64,000 nucleotides of DNA from Candidatus Poribacteria bacterium (GCA_965242965.1 OZ251518.1:1888001-1952000), one strand, 5' to 3'. Positions 9,614-20,094 are shown, numbered from the stretch's first letter. Translations and numbers: made by a program. Notes: generated by a model from the sequence alone, not told the origin.

Positions 9614-10879
9614 ATGGCTTACATAATTTGCGAACCGTGCGTTGACGTGATGGACACCGCCTGCGTTGACGTATGTCCGGTGGATTGCATCCACACCACC
9701 GAAGGGGAAAACCAACTCTATATCAATCCGGATGAATGCATCGACTGCGCGGCGTGCGAACCGGCGTGCCCTGTCGATGCGATAAAAATGCGAGATGAAG
9801 TCCCCAGCGAGTGGGAACCCTTTATCGCCATAAACGCTAAATTTTTTGAGACGTTCGTTAAACCCGAAACAGTGGCGGCCGCGTCAGGCGATTCTGGGAC
9901 AACGAAGAAACAGAAAGAACAAGGGATTCCCGAAGAATTCGTGCTACTGCCGGAGGCACCCGCATCTTCGCTGCGTCCGCCGTTTGGATTGTTGGCGATG
10001 CTCGGGCAGCCTATCCTCGGTGCTTTCTCCGCGTCGTTTAAGCGTCGGCTTGAAGAGATGGCAGGCAACACGCGCACTTTCAGTGCCGCCATTTCAACCG
10101 GCATTAATAGTCTCGTCAACCTGATGCTCTATCCGCTTGTGCTGTTCCTTATCGGTGTGCAGTGGCGCGGCATCAGTCTTTTCAGTAGTGAAGGCAATCT
10201 GATGATATTCCTGGGGATAATCGCAGCCATCGGCGAGGGAATGTATCGGTTTAAGGACGAACTGATTTCCGATGCCGATGAGGAACAACCGCGTTATGGT
10301 GCGGCGTTCTACGGTTGGATAGCTTCCCTCTTCGCGACACCGCTATTGGCACTTTTGCGTCCCGCGCTAGTCGTTGAGCCGAACGTGCCTCGCACAACGC
10401 TACCCGGTGCAGTGTTAACCGCCGGCGAAATCTACGCCGATGATGTCCGCGAACGCTATAGACGTTACGGCATGGTAAACCGCATTACTGAAGCAGCAGA
10501 TTACTACCAGGTCGAAATTGAATTTCCGCGGTGGGTGCCGAATTCTGTCGCCAAAAAAGAGCATGAACTCCCCGACAGAATGCCGGACTATGCCTATGAA
10601 ATTCATCTCAGCGCGCCCTATTTTCCTAATGACGAACCTACGGCAGAGAGCGTTCTCACCGTTCAGACGCAGCTGGATGACCCGAGGTTTGCGTCTGTCG
10701 TCGGCCGCACGAGTTCGTTTCCGAACGGCTTCACGAATACTCTGCCTATCCCGGGGCAACCTGAAGATTTCCATGCAACGTATCGGGATAAGGTGCTGAC
10801 GATTATCCTTTCCAAAACCGGAAAATGTGAATCCCTTGGGCTTGAACCGACGGTTCACTATGCGAAGTTGAAAGGTTAG
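9614..10879 (+). CDS. FdxA-type dicluster ferredoxin fused to membrane segments and a C-terminal soluble domain
   Basis: CEPC...CVDVCPVDCIH and CIDCAACEPACP; 3-4 hydrophobic helices; C-terminus ATYRDKVLTIILSK. Confidence 0.85.
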   Translation: MAYIICEPCVDVMDTACVDVCPVDCIHTTEGENQLYINPDECIDCAACEPACPVDAIKMRDEVPSEWEPFIAINAKFFETFVKPETVAAASGDSGTTKKQKEQGIPEEFVLLPEAPASSLRPPFGLLAMLGQPILGAFSASFKRRLEEMAGNTRTFSAAISTGINSLVNLMLYPLVLFLIGVQWRGISLFSSEGNLMIFLGIIAAIGEGMYRFKDELISDADEEQPRYGAAFYGWIASLFATPLLALLRPALVVEPNVPRTTLPGAVLTAGEIYADDVRERYRRYGMVNRITEAADYYQVEIEFPRWVPNSVAKKEHELPDRMPDYAYEIHLSAPYFPNDEPTAESVLTVQTQLDDPRFASVVGRTSSFPNGFTNTLPIPGQPEDFHATYRDKVLTIILSKTGKCESLGLEPTVHYAKLKG

Positions 10880-11214
10880 TTGAGGATGTTTCATAACTCC
10901 GTTTCGGTAGTTATCCCCTCCTTGGAGGACGGGCGAATACCGAGCCCTCTTGGCAGGAGAGACCTCGGGTCTCGATTTTTTCGTAGGGTTTTTCTCCGTC
11001 CGTAGCGCGGGGGTCTGTCCCCCGCGAGCCCCATCGTCAAGCGGTGGCGTTTTAGGTCCTTTAGGACCTAAGAGAACAAAAGACGTTTTTTCGTTCTCCC
11101 CTCTGTAGTTTGTGATCGCCTGATCACAAACAGGTCAGGATTAGGCGATCCTGACCTACAGAGCTTGGCGCGCAAACAATACGGTGCCCTCGGCAGAAAT
11201 GGTATTTCAACAAT

Positions 11215-12585
11215 ATGCCCGATAAAGAGACGCTTATTGCCTGGGATAAACGCTATCTCTGGCACCCCTTCACGCAGATGAGTGATTGGCAACAGGATAC
11301 ACCTGTCATCATCGCGCGCGGGGAGGGGTGCTACCTGATTGACATTGACGGTAACCGTTACCTAGACGGCACCGCCTCAATGTGGACGAATGTCCACGGA
11401 CACAATCATCCGGCACTTAATGCCGCTATCAAGGCGCAGGTAGACAACATCGCGCACAGCACGCTGCTCGGATATAGCAATATCCCCGCGATTCGACTCG
11501 CGAAAAAGTTGGTGGAACTCACGCCGCCGGAGCTCAACAAAGTCTTCTACTCCGACAACGGTTCCACCGCCGTTGAAGTCGCGCTGAAGATGGCGTATCA
11601 ATATTGGCAGCACAAGGGACAACCGCAACGTAAGAAGTTTGTCCACCTAGATAAGGCATATCACGGAGATACAATAGGCGCGATGAGTGTCGGCGGTATT
11701 GAGAGTTTTCATGAGACTTTCAGTTCGCTTCTTTTTGAGGGCATTCGTGTGCCTGCGCCAGAAAGTGCGCGGTTGGAGACAGTGCCTCCCTGTAAGCGTG
11801 CTTGGGAACCGCGTCCTACAAAAACACGCTGTCTCAATGAGATAGAACGCGTCCTCACCGAACATGCCACAGAAATTGCAGGCATCATCGTGGAGCCGCT
11901 TATCCAAGGCGCGGGTGGTATGCGCGTCGCGCCGGAAGGCTTGCTGAAAGGCATCGCGACGCTGGCGCGGCAACATGAGACGCTGCTCATCGTTGATGAG
12001 GTGATGACGGGGTTTGGGCGCACCGGCAAAATGTGGGCTTGCGAACACGAAGATGTTAGTCCATCTCTGCTCTGCACAGCGAAGGGGTTAGCAGCCGGCT
12101 ACCTCCCCCTCGCGGCGACGTTAACCACCGATGAAATCTATAACGCCTTCCTCGGCGAATACGGCGAACTCAAAACCTTTTTTCATGGCCATACCTTCAC
12201 GGGGAATCCGCTGGCGTGCGCTGTCGCCTTGGAAAACATCGCTATCTTTGAGCGCGAAGAGCTCCTCACTCGCCTCCAAACAACTATCAGCCACTTTCAA
12301 AGGCGGCTGCAAGAATTCTATCAACTGGCGCACGTTGGAGAGGTGCGGGTTTGCGGGTTAGCTGCCGGTGTTGAACTCATAAAAAACGCGGATACCCATG
12401 AGCCTTATCCGCTAGAAGACAAGATAGGTATCCGCGTTTGCGAGGCGGTTCTCGCGCGTGGGGTGATACTTCGGCCGCTCGTCAATACGATTGTTTTGAT
12501 GCCGCCGTTGCAGATTTCGCTTTCGGAACTAGATGTCCTTTTGGATATTACCTACCAGGCGATTGCTGACGTGACGAGTTTTTAG
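11215..12585 (+). CDS. bioA: adenosylmethionine-8-amino-7-oxononanoate transaminase
   Basis: WHPFTQM, YSDNGSTAVEVALKMA, YHGDT, DEVMTGFGRTG, AKGL, HGHTFTGNP. Confidence 0.95.
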   Translation: MPDKETLIAWDKRYLWHPFTQMSDWQQDTPVIIARGEGCYLIDIDGNRYLDGTASMWTNVHGHNHPALNAAIKAQVDNIAHSTLLGYSNIPAIRLAKKLVELTPPELNKVFYSDNGSTAVEVALKMAYQYWQHKGQPQRKKFVHLDKAYHGDTIGAMSVGGIESFHETFSSLLFEGIRVPAPESARLETVPPCKRAWEPRPTKTRCLNEIERVLTEHATEIAGIIVEPLIQGAGGMRVAPEGLLKGIATLARQHETLLIVDEVMTGFGRTGKMWACEHEDVSPSLLCTAKGLAAGYLPLAATLTTDEIYNAFLGEYGELKTFFHGHTFTGNPLACAVALENIAIFEREELLTRLQTTISHFQRRLQEFYQLAHVGEVRVCGLAAGVELIKNADTHEPYPLEDKIGIRVCEAVLARGVILRPLVNTIVLMPPLQISLSELDVLLDITYQAIADVTSF

Positions 12586-12624
12586 AGCTGGGTTAGGTTG
12601 GCTATGGGTGAGCGGCATTTGTTA

Positions 12625-13375
12625 AGTGGCAGCGGCAGTTTTGTTACCGTAGGGCGGGGGCCTGTCCCCCGCCATGCCGCGAGCACTCCAACGCCTCGCG
12701 AGGGACAGGCCCTCGCGCGACGGTGAAACGGCGGTTTGCGTTATTCCCTTCTGTAGTTTGTGATCGCCTGATCGCAAACAGGTCAGGATCAGGCGATCCT
12801 GAACTACAGAGGAGCTCAACGCCTCGCGAGGGACAGGCCCTCGCACTACGGTGGCAGCGGCGGTTTTGTTACCGTAGGGCGGGGGACAGGCCCCCGCCAT
12901 GCCGCGCACGACGCTGCAGCAGACGCTTATCCTGAAAATCGTGATAATCGTGTAAATCCTGCTTCAGACTTGGACGCTCGCGAGGGACAGGCCCTCGCGC
13001 TACGGTGCCGCGGCGGTTTTCGGTATTCCCTTCTGTAGTTTGCGATCGCCTGATCGCACAGGTCAGGATCAGGCGATCCTGACCTACAGAGAAGGAGCTC
13101 AACGCCTCGCGAGGGACAGGCCCTCGCGCTACGGTGAAGGGGCAGTTTTGTTACCGTAGGGCGGGGGCCTGTCCCCCGCCATGCCGCGCGCGACGCTGCA
13201 GCCGACTCTTATCCTGAAAATCGTGATAATCCTGGAAATCCTGCTTCAGACACTTGAACGCTCGCGAGGGACAGGCCCTCGCGCTACGGACGAAGGGGCG
13301 GTTTTCGTTTCGATCGGTGCCTCGCGAGGGACAGGCCCTCGCGCTACGGTAACAAAGCGGTTTGCGGTTAGAGCG
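12625..13375. repeat. large mosaic cluster of REP-like palindromes between convergent genes
   Basis: Many copies of CGCGAGGGACAGGCCCTCGCGCTAC and its variants, two CTGTAG...CTACAG doublets, two ATCCTGAAAATCGTGATAATC..AAATCCTGCTTCAGAC units. Confidence 0.9.
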
Positions 13376-13383
13376 GGCCCGAA

Positions 13384-15297
13384 CTAAAACAAAAACCGAT
13401 ACATCGGCAAATCTACCGTAATCCCAATCAGACTCCAGACGCTACCAACGATGAACTCTCCCAAAATCAAACCCAGAAACAGCGGGATAAGTTTCCGATG
13501 CAGGCTCACGCCGCCATGACGGAGGATAAGCCACTTCAATGCCGAACTCACTAAAATCGAAAACCAAAAGACATTCATCGACCAGCTGCTGGAAATCGCA
13601 AAACCCGCCGGATGGAACGGCCACCAAAACAACTGCATCCGCATCGTCATCAGCAAACAGGTAATCGCGAACCCGATGCACATCGCAATAATCGCCGGCA
13701 CATCCGGTGCCTTCGGCGAGACAAGCCAACTCTGCAGCCGATTAAACGGCCGCCCCGCAAACCAATCTCGCGCGCCTTCGATGTAGGAGATATGGTAGAA
13801 CGCCCAAAACGAGGCGAACGTGCCGATGACTATCGCGATGCACATCGCTATCATCAAACGCCGATTGGAGATGCTTGTCCGTTCCGCGAGTTTAAACCCT
13901 TCCAAGATATGCGGCATCGGATGCCCACGGTAGGCGCGGTTAAAAAAGAAGAGGTAGGCAAACATCGTCAAATTCTGCGGACCGAGGATACGCGTGCCGA
14001 AAATGCGAGGCATCATCTCATCAGGTCCGATGAAATGCAAATCGTGGACAGGCGAACCGAGCTCCGCACGCATCCGCGTCACCGCCGTCGAAATCGCATA
14101 GTAAATGCCGAAAAATACCAGAATCACCCACACCGACATCCCCGCCATTTTACAGAAAATGACGATAAAAAGCAGACTCGCGAGAAGCCCAAGCACGGTG
14201 ACGCGATAGGACATCGGCTCATCTGAATCGTCAACGTGCTGGACGTTCCTAAAGATTTTCCGGCCCACCTGCGCGAGATGTTTGCGCGTCGCAATAATCG
14301 CGATGACGAACAAGCCAAGATACGCACCGAACGACTGCTCATCGGTGAACGGAAAATTCGGCATGCCGCGCACGCCTAACGCATCCCCGAAAACGCGCTC
14401 CGCCTTCCAAAACAGATAGAAAAACCAGCACGAAAACGATAAATCCAGCGGAATAAAAAATGCGATGCCGACAGCGAACGGAAACACGGCGATGGGTGTC
14501 CAACCTATCGCACTCCACGGTTTCTGCGTGAAGAAGGGACGAAGATCGTAAAGTCTCCCCCCTAAACTCGGAACGGTAGGATAGAGATGATGCAAGCCGT
14601 TCAGAATGTCAATCGCACCGGCTATCCCGAACCCCAACCACATCATCTTGTTTGTCAACAGATTTGACCGGCTCTGGCTAGTCAATTCCAGCGGCAGTTG
14701 GATAATCGGATAACTCAACTTTTCATGCTCTGTCCACTGCTTGCGGACGAGACTATTGATGCACACCATCAGGAACACCATCGCGCACAGAAAACCACCC
14801 CACGCCGCCGTTGTCGTCAGCCATCCTTCTATCACTTCCCATTGATAAAAACTTGTCTCGCCGCGGTAATACTCTGTCAGAAAGGCGCGCTCCTTCACCG
14901 CCATCCAATCCGGAATATACCGATGGAACAAATCTGCCCAATCGTTTTCGGGTGTCGCGTACCAGAACGCATACGGAATCATCGGAATCAAGACGCGCAG
15001 AACGTCATGTCCCGCTAGGGAAGAGGCGATGGCTAACATGACGTAGATAGTCAGCAATTCTCCCTGCCGTAATCCATAGGCGCGCCCGCCTTTTGGCGAT
15101 AACCACGTCAAAAACAGATTCGCACCTGTTAAAACAAAAACGCAGAAAATAACGTTGAAATAGAGCGAAACGGTCGTCGGGAACCCTTGTCCCGCCGAAT
15201 CCAGAATCCAATAGACGTTCGGGATAACGAGAGCGGTGCCGATGAGGATGGCGCGCCAAGTCGCACCAAAATTTTGTTGTGATGAAGTGTTTCTCAA
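13384..15297 (-). CDS. multi-pass membrane protein, DUF6785/DUF6784-like putative peptide transporter
   Basis: About 15 TM segments; ELLTIYVM, RKQW..HEKLSYP, WWPFHPAG motifs; start placed at a TTG overlapping the upstream TGA. Confidence 0.75.
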   Translation of the reverse strand: MRNTSSQQNFGATWRAILIGTALVIPNVYWILDSAGQGFPTTVSLYFNVIFCVFVLTGANLFLTWLSPKGGRAYGLRQGELLTIYVMLAIASSLAGHDVLRVLIPMIPYAFWYATPENDWADLFHRYIPDWMAVKERAFLTEYYRGETSFYQWEVIEGWLTTTAAWGGFLCAMVFLMVCINSLVRKQWTEHEKLSYPIIQLPLELTSQSRSNLLTNKMMWLGFGIAGAIDILNGLHHLYPTVPSLGGRLYDLRPFFTQKPWSAIGWTPIAVFPFAVGIAFFIPLDLSFSCWFFYLFWKAERVFGDALGVRGMPNFPFTDEQSFGAYLGLFVIAIIATRKHLAQVGRKIFRNVQHVDDSDEPMSYRVTVLGLLASLLFIVIFCKMAGMSVWVILVFFGIYYAISTAVTRMRAELGSPVHDLHFIGPDEMMPRIFGTRILGPQNLTMFAYLFFFNRAYRGHPMPHILEGFKLAERTSISNRRLMIAMCIAIVIGTFASFWAFYHISYIEGARDWFAGRPFNRLQSWLVSPKAPDVPAIIAMCIGFAITCLLMTMRMQLFWWPFHPAGFAISSSWSMNVFWFSILVSSALKWLILRHGGVSLHRKLIPLFLGLILGEFIVGSVWSLIGITVDLPMYRFLF

Positions 15298-18200
15298 TTG
15301 TCGATCTCCCCGGTCACCTTCAACGTCTCCGCTAACGCCGCAAGCACCTGCCGATATTGACGAATATCCGCATGCGTCAACGCCTCTCCCCGCCGATCTC
15401 GCAGCCACTTTTCGCAAGGTTGATACGCGCCTATCTCAAACTCCCAAACCGCCGATGGCACATCCGAGAAATACTGCGTCCGATTTATCCAGACATGTCC
15501 ATCGCGGTATTGCACGCGCCCGACGACGCTATCGCCTTCACCCTCAAATCTCGATGTCGCACCCGGCATGTCACGCCTGCCGAGATGCACGTCCATTAAC
15601 GTATGTCCAAACCTCGCGAGTTTTTGGAACTGCGCCAGATCTGTCGGCAGCGGGATACGCGGAAAGTCGTATTTCAAAAATTCGGCATACCGTTCTCGGT
15701 AAGCAGGACTGTGCAAAACAGCGTAGATCCAAGCGAGGATGTCCTCCGGGGAGATGCCCTGGGGGATGCCGAATGACTCGGTTTGCGGCAAGGCCAATCT
15801 CTCCGCAAGTGCTTTAAGAAAAGCAGGCGTTAAATTGAGCACCCGTTCTCTTGACAATTCCAACTCTTCCGGATGTGGATAAAGATAGAGCGGGAAGATA
15901 TAGCTGGATTCACTCGGTTTATTTGAAAGATAACACTGATCCGCAATCTTGTCGGTTACCAAAGCATGTTGCCAGGTAGGAATTGTGACAATACGACACG
16001 TGCAAAGCGCGAGGTTCTCCCCGGCGAGCAGATGGTGCATAATTCTGCGGGCAGGCGTGCTATAAAACCCGCGCGACTGCCCCGTGTAGTAAGTGAAACG
16101 GGGATCAAACGCGCGATAGTTTGCCTGGACGACATACTCGTCTTTCGGGGAATAATGAGTGACAGAATATCCTTCGTTGGCTTCGCAATGCGCGCGGAGG
16201 TCTGCTTGTGCCCAATTCACCCGCCAATCGCGTCCATCCTTGCCCAAGTTATATCTGCCGCGTGCTTCGTCCTCTGAAAGGGATGCAAAGTCGGTTACCG
16301 TATGACGAACGGCTTCCTCGGTGCGATGCATGGTTAACTTATCCCGCGCGGTTATGAACCCAACCGAGCGTTCTTGAAAGATGTCGGTGACGCTCCAGCC
16401 GTTCTCATATTCCGCTTTGTGTTCGGTGTTTTGCGGCACGAAGAGATAAAACGGCGAAGAAGGATGGAGTTCCTCCCAATCGGTGTTCAGGACATCCGAT
16501 GCCGACAGCGCACGATACTTTTCCTCCCGGCTCCCCCACATATCGGCGTAATAGACTTTCGCAGGTGCCGGATTGTCCCGCTCTTTCACGCACAGCAAGA
16601 TAGATACGCCTTGCTGGATGTCAAAGACGTTTTCGTTGCTTTGGCCATCAGGCACAGGCTCTGTCCTTCTGCTGTTGCCGTGCAGATTGAGAAGGTAAAT
16701 GGCGTTGAAACTGTTGATCAAGCTATACCGCATGCCGCGTAGGACAAGCCCATCAAGGAAACTGTTGTTCACAACGTAACCGATAGCACCTTCGCCATTT
16801 TTGTGAACGCGCCACTGTGCCCACCGGATAAACTTGACATAGTCGCTCTGAAGCACCGTGGCACTTCTTTCCCTCATCGGTTTTCCATCCACGGATTTAT
16901 AGTCCTCAATGAGCGAACCAATAAAGGTGAATTTGCCGGTGCTATCGCGACTCGGATTGGCAGAATTATAGGTGTAGGGGGGATTGCCGACGATGACAAG
17001 CAGCGGCACATCGCGTTTGACAGAAACCGCCGCGTTCGCCTCATCGGTGAGGAATTCGGCGAAGATATGTCCCTCGCGTTCGATCGGTTCCTCCAGCGTA
17101 TTCGTGAGGTAAATGTGAATGCGTTCGGTATCCGTCCTCTGTCCATGCGCTTGTAGGAAGCGGCTCAGGTTCAGATGCGCAATCGTATAGGGCGCGACGA
17201 GCAGCTCAAACCCGAAGAGTCGCTCAGCCAGGGAGGTGTTGACATACGGTGCCCACGCCGCAGTGCCATCGGTTTCAATGACGTGTTGGCGGATGTGGTT
17301 GAGGACTTCCATGAGAAACCCGCCGGTGCCGGTTGCAGGATCGAGGATGAGCGTCTCGTTATCGGCGAGGCCGTCGGGTTTTCGCAACGCCGTTTTGAGG
17401 AGTGCATCGACGGACCTAACGATATAGGAGATAACGGGTTGCGGCGTGTAGTAGACCCCTCTGTCAACGCGTCGCCCCGGGTCATACGCAGCGAGAAATG
17501 TTTCGTAGAAATGAATCACCGGGTCTTCGGCGTGAGTGCGTGCGTCGAAGGCGGTGCGGAGCATTTCGGTGGAGACGCTGCGCAGGAGCGTGGCAATTTC
17601 GTCTAAAACCCATCCGATGCTGTCATCGAGTTCTGGCGATGCGACTTGGTGGAAAAGTCGGCGCAGGAACGGGTTTGAACGCGGGAGTGTAGCGGCGGCG
17701 GTGCTGCGCGAGAAGTTAGTTGCATTCGGGAGTGTGTATCGCGCCGCGAACATACCGTAGGCGAGGGTTTGCGCATACATATCGGCGAAATCGGCGGGAG
17801 TGAGCGTGGCGAGGAGATGTTCGCGAAACGTTTCAAACATGCGGAAGAGGGGGGTTTCTTCGTCGGCGATGGCGGTTGCGATTTGGGTTTGAAGTTCGCG
17901 TGTGCGCCGTGCGAAGTGCATTGCGAGGACTTCGGGGGTTGTGATGTTCAGCGCGCCTGCGTTGAAAAATCGGTTGAGGAGGGTTTCCAGCGCGTGCACC
18001 TCTTCGGGTAGGAGGGACATCCCTGTCCCGATGTCTTCAGATAAACTCGCCGTTGCGCGCAATTCGCCTTCGGTATAGAGACGAAATTCAACGAAATTGG
18101 TGAGGACAAAATTATCCAGATTTTCGATGAACCGCGCATTCTGTTCGCGCGCGTGCCCGGTGAGTGCATTCAAGTCTGTGCCGAATTTCTCCGCTTCGAT

Positions 18201-18428
18201 GTAGCCGATGGGGAGTTGTCCTTCCTCCGTGGCGATGAAATCCGGTCTGCCGATGTCAAGTTGGCGCGGTTCGTGCGTCAATGTGATGGCATGTCCTAGG
18301 CAGGCCGCGCTCTGTTCCAGGAATGCGCTCAGGTGCCGATGGAAAGAGAGTTCATCGGTTGCGGTGGTATTCGCGCGCGTCTCTAAGAGTTCTCGTAGAT
18401 AGGTGTTGCAGAGGTGTTGAAATTGCAT
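15294..18428 (-). CDS. single-chain restriction-modification enzyme (N6-adenine MTase with type ISP-like specificity domain)
   Basis: GVYYTP, ILDPATGTGGF, GNPPY, DYVKFIRWA, YRAFD, DFPRIP; N-terminal RPDF...YIEAE. Confidence 0.9.
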   Translation of the reverse strand: MQFQHLCNTYLRELLETRANTTATDELSFHRHLSAFLEQSAACLGHAITLTHEPRQLDIGRPDFIATEEGQLPIGYIEAEKFGTDLNALTGHAREQNARFIENLDNFVLTNFVEFRLYTEGELRATASLSEDIGTGMSLLPEEVHALETLLNRFFNAGALNITTPEVLAMHFARRTRELQTQIATAIADEETPLFRMFETFREHLLATLTPADFADMYAQTLAYGMFAARYTLPNATNFSRSTAAATLPRSNPFLRRLFHQVASPELDDSIGWVLDEIATLLRSVSTEMLRTAFDARTHAEDPVIHFYETFLAAYDPGRRVDRGVYYTPQPVISYIVRSVDALLKTALRKPDGLADNETLILDPATGTGGFLMEVLNHIRQHVIETDGTAAWAPYVNTSLAERLFGFELLVAPYTIAHLNLSRFLQAHGQRTDTERIHIYLTNTLEEPIEREGHIFAEFLTDEANAAVSVKRDVPLLVIVGNPPYTYNSANPSRDSTGKFTFIGSLIEDYKSVDGKPMRERSATVLQSDYVKFIRWAQWRVHKNGEGAIGYVVNNSFLDGLVLRGMRYSLINSFNAIYLLNLHGNSRRTEPVPDGQSNENVFDIQQGVSILLCVKERDNPAPAKVYYADMWGSREEKYRALSASDVLNTDWEELHPSSPFYLFVPQNTEHKAEYENGWSVTDIFQERSVGFITARDKLTMHRTEEAVRHTVTDFASLSEDEARGRYNLGKDGRDWRVNWAQADLRAHCEANEGYSVTHYSPKDEYVVQANYRAFDPRFTYYTGQSRGFYSTPARRIMHHLLAGENLALCTCRIVTIPTWQHALVTDKIADQCYLSNKPSESSYIFPLYLYPHPEELELSRERVLNLTPAFLKALAERLALPQTESFGIPQGISPEDILAWIYAVLHSPAYRERYAEFLKYDFPRIPLPTDLAQFQKLARFGHTLMDVHLGRRDMPGATSRFEGEGDSVVGRVQYRDGHVWINRTQYFSDVPSAVWEFEIGAYQPCEKWLRDRRGEALTHADIRQYRQVLAALAETLKVTGEIDN

Positions 18429-18775
18429 ATTTGTTTTATTGTCCGTTTTTCCCGTAGCGCGGGGGCTGTTTCCCCGCGAGCGTTTCGGTTACCGTAGCGC
18501 GGGGGCCTGTCCCCCGCGATCGTTCCTTTCACCGTAGCGCGGGGGCCTGTCCCGCCGTGCGTTTTGCTGCCAGACTGCATCACCTCTGTAGTTCAGGATC
18601 GCCTGATCCTGACCCGTTCGGGAGCAGGCGATCCCGAACTACAGAGTGGGCTTGCCATTCCCCGGCACGGCGAGGGAAACCCGCTCGGATGCGCGTGTGG
18701 CATCCGAGGGCCCAAGCCCTACGGATTGCGCGGGCGGTTTTGTTTTCCCCGCGAACGTTCCTAAATTTTACGTTA

Positions 18776-18840
18776 AATTTACCACAAAAACGCGCGTCTG
18801 TCAAATTTTTCTTGCGATTTTCCGCGAAGCAGGGTATAAT
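18776..18840. promoter_or_regulatory. back-to-back divergent sigma70 promoters
   Basis: Minus strand: TTGACA(18804-18799)-17-TAAATT. Plus strand: TTGCGA(18812)-17-TATAAT(18835-18840). Confidence 0.6.
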
Positions 18841-18864
18841 TATGAGAAATCGCGAGACCTTCTC

Positions 18865-19230
18865 ACCTCTGTAGTTCAGGATCGCCTGATCCTGACCCGT
18901 TCGGGAGCAGGTGCTCCCGAACTACAGTGGGCCCGATGCCTGCCTGCCAAGGCGGGATAAATACCGAACATGAGAGATCGCGAGGGACAGGCCCTCGCGC
19001 TACGGTGTAGGAGAGACCTCCTGGTCTCGATGCACAGCGAGGGACAGGCCCTCGCACTACGATTATCTGGAATTCGCGAGGGACAGGCCCTCGCGCTACG
19101 GTGTAGGAGAGACCTCCTGGTCTCGATGCACCCCCGTAGGTTCGCGAGGGACAGGCCCTCGCGCTACGGTGTAGGAGAGACCTCCTGGTCTCGATGCACA
19201 GCGAGGGACAGGCCCTCGCACTACGATTAA
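18865..19230. repeat. REPIN followed by a BIME-like alternating array of REP A and REP B units
   Basis: Repeating CGAGGGACAGGCCCTCGCGCTAC + GTAGGAGAGACCTCCTGGTCTCGAT modules. Confidence 0.9.
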
Positions 19231-19252
19231 GACAGATAGAGAGGACAAAACC

Positions 19253-20071
19253 ATGGATACAACATCGGCAGTTTTTACACCTGCACATAAAGAGTTCGTT
19301 GAAAACAACGGCTATCTCCTGATTAAAAACGCTTTGCCGCCGGATGTCGTGGCGGAAATCAATGATGCCGTTGACGAGGTTTACGAAAAAGAAGAAGCCG
19401 CCGGCCGACTTGAATCCGGCGGGAAACTGAACCTCCGCAACTGCATCACGCATCACGAGGCGTTTCTGCAACTGCTGGACTGGGAGAAAACAGTACCGCT
19501 GGCTTACGGCGTGCTGAATTGGAACGTTCAGATGATCACCTCGCATCTCATCGTGCTTCCTTCCGGTGAGGAACCGCCGCCGAAGGTGAAGAACCGCATC
19601 GGTTTGCATCGCGACGGTGGCACATCGTATCGAGAGATGCAGGAACCGCACCCGCGGATTATGCTGAAAATCGCCTACGCTATCAGCGATCAGTCAGACC
19701 CGGCCTCGGGTGCCACGGTCATCGTGCCGGGCAGTAACCGCCTCTCCGGCAGACCGGCGACAGACCCGGGGACCGGCTGGGCTCGCGGCGCGATTTCGAT
19801 GAATATCAACGCCGGTGATGCGTTTCTCTTTGAGCAACGCACATGGCACGGCATCGGACATAACTGGTCTGGGATACCCCGGAAGACTATCTTCATGGGA
19901 TACGCCTACCGCTGGGTGAAGCCGATGGATTATATCACGATGCCGGATACCCTGGTGGAGAAGTGCAATCCGATTCAGAAGCAGCTCATCGGTGTTGTCA
20001 GTGATCCGCTGAGTTATTATCTGCCGCAAGATAAGGATGTGCCGTTGAAGGCGGTGCTTGATGCAGATTGA
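19253..20071 (+). CDS. phytanoyl-CoA dioxygenase (PhyH) family protein
   Basis: NGYLLIKNAL, HRD triad, IVPGS, AGDAFLF...WHG. Confidence 0.9.
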   Translation: MDTTSAVFTPAHKEFVENNGYLLIKNALPPDVVAEINDAVDEVYEKEEAAGRLESGGKLNLRNCITHHEAFLQLLDWEKTVPLAYGVLNWNVQMITSHLIVLPSGEEPPPKVKNRIGLHRDGGTSYREMQEPHPRIMLKIAYAISDQSDPASGATVIVPGSNRLSGRPATDPGTGWARGAISMNINAGDAFLFEQRTWHGIGHNWSGIPRKTIFMGYAYRWVKPMDYITMPDTLVEKCNPIQKQLIGVVSDPLSYYLPQDKDVPLKAVLDAD

Positions 20072-20094
20072 TCGGGGCATTGCGCGCCAGGCCC

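Noticed and set aside
18975-19230. Regularly repeated units resembling a CRISPR array
   Set aside because: The spacers are themselves repeated REP units, orientation is mixed, the same units are dispersed across the window, and there are no cas genes.
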